Below, piece by piece: positions 1 to 13,636 of a stretch of DNA of 64,000 nt. The stretch's first letter is position 1, and each line of letters begins with the position of its first letter. A program made the position numbers and the translations under genes. The stretch covers positions 6,634,001 to 6,698,000 of the forward strand of contig NW_027266274.1 in NCBI RefSeq assembly GCF_022045235.1. The letters are read 5' to 3'. The stretch comes from Haliotis cracherodii. Taxonomy: Eukaryota. Below the pieces are notes generated by a model. The model was not told the DNA's origin. It saw nothing but the letters and a program-made list of their open reading frames with translations, and searched no databases.

Positions 1-836
1 AACCCAACTCACTCTCTCACATAATCCAGACTGATTATTCTCTGTCATTCTTAATAATCATAATGATATCGTAATCACTAAAATTATTGCCAAGATGTAT
101 CAATGTCTATTTTATGTAACCACACTGTAACATGTCCTATATGTGATATATATATATACAAAATTGAGGTAAATTTTCACTCGGTGTACATGTAATATAT
201 GATAAAATGATAAAGTCCACGTGAGTCCAACAACTTTTTTATATCAGTTTATATATATATATATGATGGTTCGGTCAGTGTTTGCATCGTGCTTTCTCGA
301 AACAAACAATACACATTGAACCAGGTTAGCTACAGGGACCTTAAAGCTTCCTTTTAGATTCAGTAGCAAAACGTAACATCTGACAACTTCTTGTACGCTT
401 GGCAAACAACGTTCGTCCATGTGCAACCTTTGTGCGGATACGTTTGATGTACTACCACTCCATGTCTGCCCACACCGGTAGCGTACTCGGGTCATGGTAG
501 GTCCTTCGCTGGCTGAAGAGGCGGCCAAATGGATCATGATCAGATGGTCAGATCGGTTACATGGTTGAATAGCGTAGCATCGTACCCCGACGGCGTGGAT
601 CGTAGTTTTCACTGCTAATTTTCCTTTTACGTCCGAAGGATAATCGAGACTGGTTGCTCTCTGGCATTGACGTTATTTTTTAAATATCAGTCACTTAACT
701 GTCTGGTCCGGACTCGAGTTTTATAGCCCGCCGACTTATAGCAGGAATATTGCTGAGTGAGGCGTTAAACAAACAAACAAACAAAACCATGTCTACACTT
801 GATACACACTTCAATACAAAGAAACAGGTAATAAGT

Positions 837-1099
837 TTGTTTTGATTTGTGTTGTTTAACACCGCACACAGCAATATCCCAGCTATATGACGGTGGTCTG
901 TAATTAAATCTGGACCAGACAATCTAGTGATTAACATCATGAGCATCGATCTGCGCAGTTGGGATCGGTGTCATGCATCAATCAAGTCAGTGAGCCTGAC
1001 CACCCGATCCCGTTAGTCGCCTCTTACGACAAGCATAGTCGCTTTTTACGGCAAGCATGGGTTGCTGAAGACCTATTCTACGCCGGATCTTCACGGGCC
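837..1099 (-). mobile_element. Short retroposon family A (no tRNA head), full length
   Basis: 5' cccgtgaagatcc to 3' gcggtgttaaacaacacaaa. Imperfect TSD caggtaa(t/a)aagt. Confidence 0.85.
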
Positions 1100-1104
1100 A
1101 GGTA

Positions 1105-1955
1105 AAAAGTAAACACGTAATACACGTCATAAGTAAACATGTAATAGGTATGAATGGGTATAATAGGAGTAAATGTAATATATGCCATAAGTAAACATCT
1201 TACATGTCATAAGTAAACATTTAATATGTCATAAGTAAATATCTAATACATGTAATAAATCAACATCTAATAGGTGTTAAACGTAAACATCTGATACATG
1301 TAATAAGTAAATATATATGAGTATACGTGTTACACGTAAACATGGAATACATGTCATAAGTAAACATGGAATACATGTAATACATGTTATAAGTAAACAT
1401 GGAATACCTGGCATAAGTAAACATGGAATACATGTCACAAGTAAACAAGGAATACATGTCATAAGTAAACATGTAATGCGTGTTACAAGTAAAGATGTAA
1501 TGCATGTCAAAAGTTATCATGCAATTCACGTCATAAGAAAACATGCAGTACATGTCATAAGTAAACCTGTCACACCTGTCTTAAGTAAACATGGAATACC
1601 TGTCATAAGTAAACATGGAATATCTGTCATAAATAAACATGGAATACCTGTCATAAGTAAACATGTAATACCTGTCATAAGTAAGCATGTAATACCTGTC
1701 ATAAATAAATATTTAATACATGTCACAAGTAAACATAGAGTACCTGTCATAAATAAACATGTAATACATGTCACAAGTAAACATGTAATACATGTCACAA
1801 GTAAACATCTAATACATGTTGTAAGTAAACATATAATACATGTCATAGGTAAACATGGAATATATGTCATAGGTAAACATGGAAAATATGTCATTAGTAA
1901 ACAAGTAAACACGTAATACGTGTCGTAAGTAAACATGTAATACAAGTAATAAATA
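1105..1955. repeat. 24-bp minisatellite (taagtaaacatggaatacatgtca)
   Basis: Direct tandem units. 8-aa periodicity in the spurious ORFs. Confidence 0.9.
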
Positions 1956-2630
1956 AGATGTTTGCAGTTCTTCTAAAACATATCGCCAGTGCTCAAATCA
2001 CACTCTAAAGCTTTCTGCTTACTTAACTGAAGAATTAAAGTTCCCGTGGTTTAGGTGTATGTATTTCAAGGTCTTCTGTTGAGTGCCAATTAGCCTCCGT
2101 AACAATTTCCGGCAACACGAGATGAGAGTATTTCGAGGTAATGAGACATGAAGAGAATTTATTTATGACATAATGATTGCCTGGGGAAACATGTGCACTC
2201 GACACTGACCTCCTTGCTTCAATTATCCATCAGCGGTTTTCACATAGGAACGGAACTTTGAAAATGTATCAGATGCTCAACTATAAAAAAATACGCACGT
2301 TTTTGTTTTCTTTACACTTGTGCTAATTAATCGCACCAGAACAGAATATAGTAATGGAACGTGTTTATAACTGGAAAACATAATATATAGGTCGTCGTTC
2401 ATGGTAACAAATTTGAATCATTTTGTTATTTTCGGCGGTGGGTTAATAAGTCCTATGTTTAAAGCTTCACTTCGTTACGCCGAAAATACCGGTTTGATTT
2501 TACACTTTGGGACACCTCTTGGTGTTCTGTGCCTTGCTGTGAGCTGAATATTGCATCAAAGTGGTGGAGAAACAATTCCAATTATCTCACCATTGATTAT
2601 AAACACATAGCAATCATGCTACACTTGCCT

Positions 2631-2792
2631 CGGGAGGTGGTCGAGTTGTTAAAGCGTTTTCGTCGTCACGCCGAAGGCCCGGGTTCGATTCCCCGCATGA
2701 ATACAATGTGTGAAGCCCATGTCTGGTGTACCCCGACGTGATATTGCTGGAATATTGCTAATAGCGTCGTAAAATCATACTCACTCATTCAC
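2631..2792 (+). mobile_element. SINE family B
   Basis: B box and shared 3' tail. Further copies at about 5586-5735 (+), 9310-9452 (-), 29830-29972 (+). Confidence 0.8.
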
Positions 2793-2949
2793 ACAGATAT
2801 TGATTCATATGTATAGAAAGCCATGGCGAGTAGCTATTCATGCACTTTGCTGTAGGTATCGATACCTATCACAACCTAGAGTCCCAGTAAACTACAAACT
2901 ACAGAGGTATATCCTGGCTAGATCCTTTGCAGTTAGTGAACCTTTACAT

Positions 2950-3180
2950 GTTTTTTGTGTTTTGTTTAACACCGCATTTAGCAGTATTCCAGCTATATCA
3001 CGTCGATATGTATATAATCGAGTCTGGACCAAACAAACCAGTGATTGACATCATGAGCAGCTATCCACGAAATTTGGATACGGTGACATGCATCATCCAA
3101 GTCGGCGATTCCACCTGTTTGGCGCCTCGTACGTCAAGCATGTGTTGCTGAGGACCAATTCTAACCCGGATCTTCGAGTG
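2950..3180 (-). mobile_element. Family A retroposon, diverged
   Basis: Recognisable homology to the 837-1099 copy. Confidence 0.7.
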
Positions 3181-5204
3181 GGACAAATGTCATCTTCTTG
3201 CACAATAAACACATTGCAAATAATGTTATCGACGTAATGTAGACGTTCCCTTAAAGGGGTGTTACTTTTCATAAGTCAATCTACCGCAAAGACGTGCCAG
3301 AGACAGGGACATGTTTACTACTTCAAACATGTTAAAGAACTCCCACATTTGGAAGGCTGCGTGTTGCAATACTAACCAGCCATGACAGATTAACTATAGT
3401 CAAATGAAAAAATCGGGTGTTCTTTAACATCTTCTGGGTAGTAAATAACATTAAAAAAAGCATTATCTGATAGGAATTTGATGCTGAAAGAGCATTCTTT
3501 AGCAACATGGAGGTCGGTCTACGATCGAGCCTGTAACATATAAACATTGACTTGCCTTTGCATGTGTTTATGGCGGCTGGGTCAGGATACACTCATCTTT
3601 TCCCGAACAGCTAAATTATCACTATTTGATAGTGATTTATAAACACATGCTGATGATCATGGCAAGTGACGGGTGCCATGGGTCAGGATGGTGCCGATGG
3701 GAAAGGATACAATCACCCCTTTCCCGAAAACCTAATTTTATCCCTATTTGATGGTGATTCATAAACACATGTTTATGATATAGTCGGACTCGTACACATG
3801 ACTTTTAGCAGAGATGAGTTATGTAAAATTGTGAGGTGTTTTGCCGCTTTTGTTGAAAAAGGGCTTGTCAGTTAAGTGTAGGAGGAAACTCAGTGTGACG
3901 CAAAAACGCAACCACTTTGCGGATTGTGAAAATCTCTATAGGTAAACTCCACCTTAAAATGTTTCTAAAGTTTCCGTTATATTAACATGGTTGCTTCTTT
4001 TTTCACGTACACTTGTAACATTTAGCCTTAAATTCCCCTGTCAAATGTAAATTTGATGATTTACGCATAGCAAAATCGTACACTACAGTGGCACCTAACC
4101 ACTTCACATACTCAAAATGCAGTAAGAGAGCAGATCTTCAGGCTGTCGCGTTGGACATATTTTGAGAGCGCCTCTGTAAAGGTTCATTTAGACCAACAGA
4201 ACAAACAGCCACATGCCTTTAATCTCCGTGTCAGCGCACGATGGCGCGATCTACTTATAGAATATAAAGCCCTCTACTGGAGCCTACTTTTTTCGTCCTC
4301 TGTGAAGATTTAGTTAGAACCACTCCAGCACTGATGTTCCTGGGACGAGAAAGATGCTTAGGAGTTAGTGACGCCGCGGCCATGACGTGCCGGCATCAGC
4401 AAGCTCACACTTGCCAGGATCACTTAAATCACATCAAGACAAATGAGCTATGTCAGGAATCAGATATCGTGATTCTTAAGGCGACAATTAGCAATCAGGG
4501 GCTTTGGGCCAGCCTCACGCCTCTCTCTGTCCATAATTCGACGAAATACCTGACATTGCCATAGAAGGAGCACACTTTCTTTTCTTAAAGATTACCACCG
4601 TTTGTTAAGAGAAAGAGGAAATTGTTTAAGCTCTACAGGAAATCAAGGTTATACACAATCTCAGAAGAGGTCGCCGGAGATACTGACTGATGGAACTGGA
4701 TGTCTTGTTTGTCGTTACAAGATAATCAAAAAGGGGTATTGACTCGCTCCCCCTACTTAGAGGCGATAATGAGAGTAGGGGATGAACGCTCCTCTATTCT
4801 CCGTTAAAGGGACGTGTTCAGGACCAGTAATAAAGGCTTATCTTCTGTGTGAATGGAGTGCCCTATTTCTGAGGTTCCTGTGACCTACTTCCGGTCACAA
4901 GGCCTAATTTCATGCTGCGTGTTTAGAAGCGTATCACGCTATCCATTGATATTCACGACTTTGGCCAAAGAACTTGGGCCCTGGAGGATGCTATAGATTT
5001 AATCACTGAAGAATATATTTATGTCACGGTATTACATCTTCAGTCGGAAGCACCATGGCCCGGTACGGTTCCTGCCAGGATTCTTTGTCTGGGGTTCGAA
5101 TACCAGAATTGAGTTCATTATGACCCTTGGTATTTTGATACCCTGGTTCCACTTAGATTGGAAACGTCCAAGATCTTAGTCACATTGGTCTTACTTTCCA
5201 AGAC

Positions 5205-5462
5205 GACCCGTGAAGTTCCGGGTTAGAATAGGTCTTCAGCAACCAATGCTTGTCGTATAAGGCGACTATGCTTGTCGTAAGGGGCGACAACGAGATCGGG
5301 TGGTCAGACCCACTGACTTGGCTGATGCATGTCATCGTATCCCTGTTGCGTGAGTCGATGCTCATGACATCAACCACTGGATTGTCTGGTCCAGACAGGA
5401 TTATTTACAGACCGCCGTCATATAGCTGTGACATTGCTGAGTGCGTCGTTAAACAACAAATA
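5205..5462 (+). mobile_element. Family A retroposon, full length
   Basis: gacccgtgaagttccgggttagaataggtcttc...gttaaacaacaaa. Confidence 0.85.
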
Positions 5463-7083
5463 AAAAAACGTAAAGGTTCATTGAGATAAAAATCTAACAA
5501 GGAGTCCGTTGGCTCCGTACACAATTTCTCCCTATTCACATTCCCTATTCACCGTGCTCCCATTTCTCTAGATCTATTACTGGGGTCATTGGGGTGGCCC
5601 AGTGGTTAAAGCATTTGCTCGTCACGCCGAAGGCCTGAGTTCGACTCCCCACAAGGCATACAAATTGTGAAACCCATTTGTTGTGTTACACGGCTTGATA
5701 TTGCTGGAATATTGTCAATAGCGGCTTACAACCATATTAATGCCAATACTATTTACACAGATATATAAAAAAGTTATGTTATTTGTAGCGTGGCAGAAAA
5801 AGGTTTACTTTGAATTTGGTTAACGTACACCGGGTTGTTGGCAAGTAGCCTCACCGATGCATTACATTAAAGACAAACAGAATACAAAAAAGCTCTTGTT
5901 AATGTATTGAATTTTACATCAAGTCGAGCACTGTGTTTCAAGATTTGTACATAAGGCCGAATGATGCTTTTACACTTTGTCAGTAAAAATTATTTCACTT
6001 TAGAGACGAAAACTGATGCATCAGCCGTGCTGCTGAGTATTTACTGAGTGTTAAAACCGTAAGATTCCAAAGTCTTCTTCCCTGAGAGAATAAGATTCCA
6101 AGATTGTTTAAGAACACCCAAAGGTCTAGAGAGACTTCGACTAAGGTCAAAAAGGCATCCGGTGTATGACCCAGGGGAACCTTTGTTGCACTACGTTAAT
6201 ATAAATCTAATCGATCCTACTTTGTGATACTAGAGGAGAGGTTCTTGGGGCCGCTAAATCACAAGATGCATTGTCAAGTGTAAAAGCCAACATTGAAGTT
6301 CTCCCAAGGCAACCAACTCTTGTGTTTACACTCCCTGAAAAGCTTTTTATTTGCCGAAAGCATTTATCGCTTTGTTAGTAATGCTAAGACTTTGAAAGCC
6401 TTGTGTTTCAGATCTTCAAATATGTAGCAGTCTGTTTTATTCTATTTTTGTAGCCTTAAAACTAATTCTGTGACACAGGAGAAGATTAAAGCTCGATTAT
6501 TACATCAATATGGGTTCCTTTTGTCTTTTCTTAATAAACGATTATTCCTCGGGTTTTCATATGATTGTGTGGTAGGAATTGTTTCAGATGGGCTAGCGAC
6601 AATGAGGCTGTGTTGTCGTGGATAGTTTTCTCCCTTGATTGGCTGTCACATTTGATAGCGTGCTCATGAAATATAGTTTCGGCATTTTAGCGTCTATTCA
6701 AGCTTTTTGTGGTTGCTCGTGATTGTCCCGTATTTTGGTGAACGTGTCTCTTGGCATTGTGATTCTGTGGATATTCTTGCCCAAAATAGATACCATGCCT
6801 GTGCAAATACACTTGATACACTTGAAAATATAATTTGACCCAAAAATCTCATATGTTATCAAAACGTTACAAGGCTGATAACAGATGCCGAAACACTGCA
6901 GGTCCAAAACGCAACTATGATAGCCGTATCAAATATGTTACAATCCTACAACCATTTCTTGTTTGTTTCATTTTTAGCCACCATTTTTAGCCATTTTTAC
7001 ACAAGGGTGTATACTTTCTTTTGGTCGGCAGTATATAAGCCAAATGAGGATTAGGTGGTCGCATTGTCTTGGGCGTTATTACA

Positions 7084-7363
7084 GTGAGTGAGTGAGTGAG
7101 TGGGGTTTAACGCCGCTTTTAACAGTATTCCAGTTATATCGCGGCGTTTCAGCTTAATGTGGGAGGAAAGCCTCAAGTGATGCAGTTCTCGGACGTTTAC
7201 CACTTCGGTGAAACCCACGATCACGGGTATGGTGCTGACAAAACCTAGAAACATAATCGGGGCGAACCGGGATTCGAACCCACAATCATAGGTTTCTGGC
7301 GTGCCCAAGGGACGCGACTCTGCGAATCGCGGGGCCTTAGACGACTGAGCCACCCGTGCCCCC
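7084..7363 (-). mobile_element. tRNA-derived SINE family C (about 280 bp, tRNA-Leu-like head)
   Basis: A box ggtggctcagtcgtctaaggc, B box ggttcgaatccc, TSD tgggcgt(t/a)attaca. Confidence 0.9.
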
Positions 7364-9541
7364 TGGGCGTAATTACAACCCGACGGCATTGATCAAGCTA
7401 CTCCATTGATTAGCCTAAACTATTCCCAGTCCGCTCGAAATAGCAATTATGTCCTATGGTGCAAATAGGATTCATGGCCTTTACTTCTACAGAAGGATTT
7501 AAACTTAAACTATTATAAAGGTCGGTTCCTTGAACAAGTAAGCGACAAAACTGAAAATATAATTGAAATAAAAAATTTAAAATGTAAAAGGTGGACAAAT
7601 AAAATAAATATATTGAATGAATTCATGTTATTCATTGTGTAAACATATTCCAGCCTAAACACTTATTTGATGTTCCTGATATGAACCATGACTAAAAGAT
7701 GAGTTTTAAAAGGGCATAGATATAGACCAGTTAGCAGCCCGATCCAGTTTTATTCAAAGCTTTTAAACATACCTGGCTTGATGACTCGAGTGTTAGGATC
7801 TAACTGTAAATGACCCATTGTCTCAAGTTCCCTCATGCCATTGATCAAATCATGACCCTGAGGAGATTCTTGCTCAAAATAGAAACCAAACCTGTGCAAA
7901 AGAAAGTATACACTTGAAAATTGAATTTAACCCCAAAATCACAAATGTTATCAAAACGTTACAAGGCTGAAAACAATCGTTGATTATAACACCTGCTGCA
8001 CCTATATCTATCAATGACCACAGGGTCATAGTCCCATAACGTGCACTGAACAACATCCTTCCTATTCCGGAGTGAAATGCAGTTTTATTTGCTCCCCGAC
8101 CAGTGGATCCGTTTGCATTCCAAGTATCATTCTTAAGTGGTATGTGGTAAACGTCTAAGACCTGCAACACTTCGGGCTTTCCTCCCACATCAATCTGACA
8201 CCGAATGAACCAAACTCACCCACACATCCCAAAACCTGTCACAAGAACTTCAAGATGCACACTCATAGTTGACCAAAGCGACCGGGGCAGATCTGGACCA
8301 ATTGCCCTTTGTCCAACTGATTCTGCGTTGCTGTTCCTGTGAATCAATGGTGTAGCGGTCCGATTGCATCGAAAACCGCTGCGGTCGTAATGCTATATGG
8401 CTGATTGACTTACAAAAATCCATTCAATCACTCAAACTTGTCCAATGTCACCATATGGACAGAAGGTAGATCTATTTAAGTCTTCGATAAGCCGAGTGTG
8501 AAACGCTTCCACATGGCATGTGGCGTCCCTGTCTCAATCAAACACCGCCATTGGGGATAGCATTATCAGTGTACCAATCGATATATATTCTTCAGATTTT
8601 ACCAACAAACATTGCAAAATGTTAAAAATCATGTTGAGAGAAGGGATCCGTTATGACAGTATCATTCCCTTGTCCATGCTCATGTCTTGGTAAGAGTCAT
8701 CGTTTCCTGGCGACGTCATGGCATGGATCAATATCTAGCTGAGCAGGAACGAAATGTACCGTTTGAAATATATATGTCCACGTGTCGCAGGGCCAATAAT
8801 AGTTAACCAATATACTTTGCTAATTGTTTTGATGTTGTGTTTTTTACATCCAAGTTCACGATGGAACATACGCTTCACTCACACAGCTTCTTGGTAGCTG
8901 ACAGCTCGATCGCTCTTAGAGTCCTCGCTTAGGAAGATAATGTCTTCGCTGTGGTTCTGGGGTCAGCTTGTCGTTTGGTTCACATCAAGTATAAACCTCT
9001 CTGATAAATGGGTTCCATTCTCATGACAGCGTAGGTACCATGCACTTAAGGTGTAAGTGTATAGTCTTAAGGTGTGAGATCTGTAATGAGGTGTCCCGAG
9101 TATACACTGTCCGTAATAATGAGGGTTCAGAGTTATAAATTGTCCATAGTAATGAAGTGTCCAGTATGAATGATATTGAATGTTGTAATAGGTTACTCAA
9201 ATGAATCAATTTTCAGTAGTCAAGAGTCGTTAGAATAACAAATTGTCAGTACTAACGAGGTTTCCAAGGTAACTGGACCCCATAGTGGGAAGGTTTTCTA
9301 AAATAAAGGTGAGAGAGTGAGAATGGTTTTACGCCGCTTTTAGCAATATTCCAGCAATATCAACAGGGGACACTAGCCCATATGGGCAGTCGAACCCGAG
9401 TCTTAGGCGTGACGAGCAAACGCTTAAACCACTAGGCTGCCCCTCTACCCCCAAAGTAAAGACGTGTCCGGAGAACACTGTGTCCGGTTGAAAGAGGCGT
9501 CTTCAGGGAACAGGATCTCCGGAGTCGTTGTTACTATTTCA

Positions 9542-9923
9542 GACCGCCTCCGTGGTCTAGTGGTAGAGCGTCCGCCCGGAGAGCGGAATGTACGGGGTTC
9601 GATCCCCGGCCGCGCCATACCAAAAAAGGTTAAAAGATGGTACTTGTTGTTATCCTGTCTGGCGCTCGGCATTAAGGGGCTAAAACAAGGACTGGTCGGC
9701 TCGGTGTCAGTATACTGTGTCTGAGTTGGGTATTCATGTTAAACTGCGGCATGGTATCTCAGTGGGCTAGCACTATAAATCGGCATCAGTCCGGACTAGT
9801 ACAAGCAGCCACACACACACACACACGTGATTGCACGTCGCTATATAAGTGCAATAATCTTGGACGCGACGTTAAACCCAATTTCACCTCACCTCACCTC
9901 ACCTCACCTCACCTCACCTCACC
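9542..9923 (+). mobile_element. tRNA-derived SINE family D (about 380 bp, Meta/MESC-like central domain)
   Basis: A/B boxes, central cataccaaa...aaaagatggtac...ggcgctcggcattaag, (CA)n, (cacct)n tail, TSD tgttactatttca. Confidence 0.88.
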
Positions 9924-10917
9924 TGTTACTATTTCATCTGTTTTACTCAAAGTCTGTCATAAATGCCGGCCACAACGTATATTGTTTAGTAATGACACCA
10001 ATCTGACTAATCTTTTACCTTTACATTTTTCTTGCTCGAAGATTACTAATGCTACAGCACGTCATTGCTGCCATACTGTCAGTTTCAACGTTTTTAGTAT
10101 GACAAGATATTGATTACTGTATTATTAAATATCAGGTAAGGCTATGGGGATAGAATATGTAGTTTCCCCGCTCTTAATAAATAGTATCTAAGATATGTCG
10201 CTAGTTAATGAAGGAGATATAACACCAGCTCCCAGCGTGGAGGTTCTCGGGTTTAGCCGAAGACGAGCTATCTGAACAAGGAGTACCATCAATAGCTTCA
10301 TCTTGTTGAAAGGAATATTGGCATATGCGTCAATGTAATGTCACAATATATTCCAATACCTTCGTCAGATATATCCATACCCAAAAGCTTCTCTCTATCT
10401 AAGAACAATCAGAACTATTTCAGTAGCTTGGTCTTTAATAAGCGTATAGAGTGTTTCAAGCTTAAAACGCCCTCTGTCGTGCACTGAGAGAGCTTCCGGT
10501 GCCCCGACGCTTGAGGACGTTTCACGTCGTGTCAAAGACTGAACTTGACATCATTTCCGGGAGTGATCGCTAATGTGTTTTGATAAAGATGGATGGAAAG
10601 GGGTCTGACGTCAGGTGGTCTTGTCATTTCACAAGCGGGGGTATGCAAGACTTATGCTTGAGACTAGATGGCGCTCTCATCTCCTTCATCTTGTGACGGT
10701 AAAGACAAAATAATTACTTTGATCTGAGTCAAGGGAATCACTTTTTCTTTTTCTGTAAGCTTGTCCACATGGTCGTCATAAACAGAAGTATATATTCCTC
10801 ATTTTCATTTTGAATTCAATTATCAATAAACATATTTTTCCATAGTAAAGAATAGCATATTGTACGTGGCATGCTTTCGTAAAAACACTATCAGCGTGGT
10901 GTGTATACGAGGCGGGG

Positions 10918-11156
10918 TTGGTTGGTTGGTTGTTTTACGCCGCACTCAGCAATATCCTAGCTATATGACGGCGGTCAGTAAATAATCGAGTCTGGACCGG
11001 ACAATCCAGTGATTGATGCCATGCGCATCGATCCACGCAATTGGGATCGTTTACATGCATCAACCAAGTCAGCGAGCCTGACCACCCGATCCCGTTAGCC
11101 GTCTCTTACGACAAGCATGGGTTGCTGAAGAGCTATTCTACCCCGGATCTTCACGG
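10918..11156 (-). mobile_element. Family A retroposon, full length with perfect TSD
   Basis: TSD gtatacgaggcgggg at 10903-10917 and 11157-11171. Confidence 0.9.
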
Positions 11157-11472
11157 GTATACGAGGCGGGGATGCATGGGGGGAGTTTTAATTCAAATGT
11201 GAGATTGTGAAGATCCGTCATGGATGGACATAAGAAAAAAAATTATGTTCATCATAAACTGACGGCCAAAAAAAATTGGTTTTGTATGTGATACGCCTAA
11301 ATATAGTTAGTGTAACCATTTTTATTTCTCTCTCTATTTCGTGTGATTGTTTTTTACATGACTGTAATGCACAATATTGATTGGCGAATGTGGACAAAAA
11401 CATGTTGTTTCTAAGTAGTTTTATTCGACTTCCCTCATCTTATCTATAAAAAATGCATTGTCTCTTTCATAA

Positions 11473-11727
11473 GCCTGGAGAGTGGAAAGTCGGGGTTCGA
11501 TCCCCGGCCTCGTCATACCAGAAGACGTTGAAAAATGGTGCTTATTGTTACCCTGCCTGGCGCTCGGCATTAAGTGGTTTAACAAGGCCTAGTCGATTCG
11601 GAGTTACACTGTGTCTGAGAGGGGTATCCATGTTAAACAGCGGTATGGTATCTCTCTGAGCTAGCGCTATAAAACCGGCAAAAGTGTAATAAATTTGATC
11701 GCGACGTTAACCCCATTTCACCTCACT
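11473..11727 (+). mobile_element. SINE family D, partial
   Basis: B box and central domain. Confidence 0.75.
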
Positions 11728-13474
11728 CTTTCAATGAGAGCATCATGCCAAATACGGTAATGACATACAATTTAAAGGGTTCAAAATAGATGGTGCATAT
11801 GTATGTTTTATGAGTGGCAGTTCCCCAGATAACGGGATACAGCATCATTTGTAAGTAGGTCGTGAAATAAGTTGTAATTGACTCTTTTGACTCCGGTCAT
11901 GAAATGTCTGAACGGATTTTTAAATCATTTCTCCATGATACACGCTGTGGACGAAAGACAGGACATCTCGATCCCCGTCTGGGTCAGCTTGCCTGGGATA
12001 CCACTCCAGACATTGATCCTTGAAACATCCACTGATGGAGGACAGCTCTATCAACTACCAGTCAGCTGGAAAACGATATACTATCCTAACGTGAACCTTG
12101 GTAATGTAACGGTATATTTCAGACGTATTTATACACGATGAGGGCAGCATGGCCAAATAGTGAAGCCCTACGAAGTTGTTATGCTACATGATATTGAACA
12201 ATAGCAGTGCATGTGATGGACACCCTGCATAAACAGTTAAGCCGTGGACGTGGGTATTATACAATATATATTAACGTTTTGTAAACATGCATGTTAAGAG
12301 CACGTCTGTAAAATCATGGAACCCTGAACGGGAATATTCATTTCTAGACGGAAGGACAGTTTCGTCCCAAATACAATACATTTAGCTGTTAGTTTGGTCT
12401 GCATTCTTAAGAGAGTTGAAGTTTGTATAACATAATTATTATACGCATGGGGTTTATCGCTCCATTGATTAATCACATTTACTCGTTTCGTACCTACTGC
12501 TTGAGGTCTTCAGAGGAGAAACCCTGGTCTAATTTGATTTAAGAATGATAAATTAACCCCACCAATTGTTTCTATTTTCGAACAGTCTGCCCATGACGCC
12601 AATAGAAATGTTTAAATCGATGTCAGTTCAAGCGTGCAACATATTGCTTTTTCTAGCGCTGTGTAAGGTTTGCGTAAAGCGGACATTTTCAATTCTTGAC
12701 GTGAATATTTCATGTTACGTCGGATTGATCAATACGACGGAGCGTTCATACATGCTCACGTGTTCTTGGTTTCTTTAATATTTCGCAGTTTGTTTTTACG
12801 ACACATACGGTTAATGTTGCAAAACGGTCCAGTGGGGGATATGTTTGGAATTAATGTTCTCTGGTATCCCATATAGAGGCTAGAAAACATGGGAACTTCG
12901 GCTGAGATTATCCAACCTTACCACGTGTTGCGTGTTTACTGTTAGATGTAATCATAGCATGTATTTCTGCTTGGACTAGCAATTGGTCCAAATTGATCCA
13001 ATGAATGATAAATATGCATATTGGGATACCGACCTGGTGAATGTGTTTCCTCGGTCTTGTGCATTAAAACCTTTTTGCTTTGTTATTGGATATAAGAAAA
13101 TAATAAATTTACAGTTATTATTATCAGGAAAGCAGATGATTGCGGTCTTTCGCGTATGACCACGTACGTATGACAATATGTCAACATGTGACCTGAACGA
13201 CACTCTGAAAATAACATTTATCATCCAAAACTGGCTCCCACGGGAGATATCGCTTGGGTGAGATCAAGCGATATCTATACTGTAGATATAGCTGCAATGA
13301 AATTGCATCACAATGCTTTGCAGACCATTGTGACGTCATTGGTTACCATGACGTCACAATCAAATGACATCACTAATGGCTCTGCTACTGAAGCTGTTAG
13401 CAGTACATTTTACACTTAAGACACTGCTTATTACTTTCTACAAACTGAAAAAGTTGGAAGAATGATGTTGGATG

Positions 13475-13636
13475 ATAAATAAAATCTCTCCCTCTTGTCT
13501 TTGGATATCAAATACATCAACACTGGTTGATAAAAGTCGAAAACATTGCTCGGCAAGCCTCGGAGTTTTTCCACTTTTATCAACTTGTGTTGATATATTT
13601 GATATCAAAAGACGCTCGGGTGAGATTCTCTATATC
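13475..13636. mobile_element. Palindromic (fold-back) MITE-like element
   Basis: Arms gatatcaaatacatcaacactggttgataaaagt and acttttatcaacttgtgttgatatatttgatatc around ctcggcaagcctcgg. Confidence 0.65.

Noticed and set aside
1260-1945. His-rich repetitive ORFs
   Set aside because: 24-bp minisatellite artefact.
8596-8689. AG/GT-bounded open segments as upstream channel exons (also about 11940-12100, 12585-12700, 16835-16936)
   Set aside because: No similarity to Hv S1 or S2, and none ends in an S2-like hydrophobic run plus Glu in phase 0.
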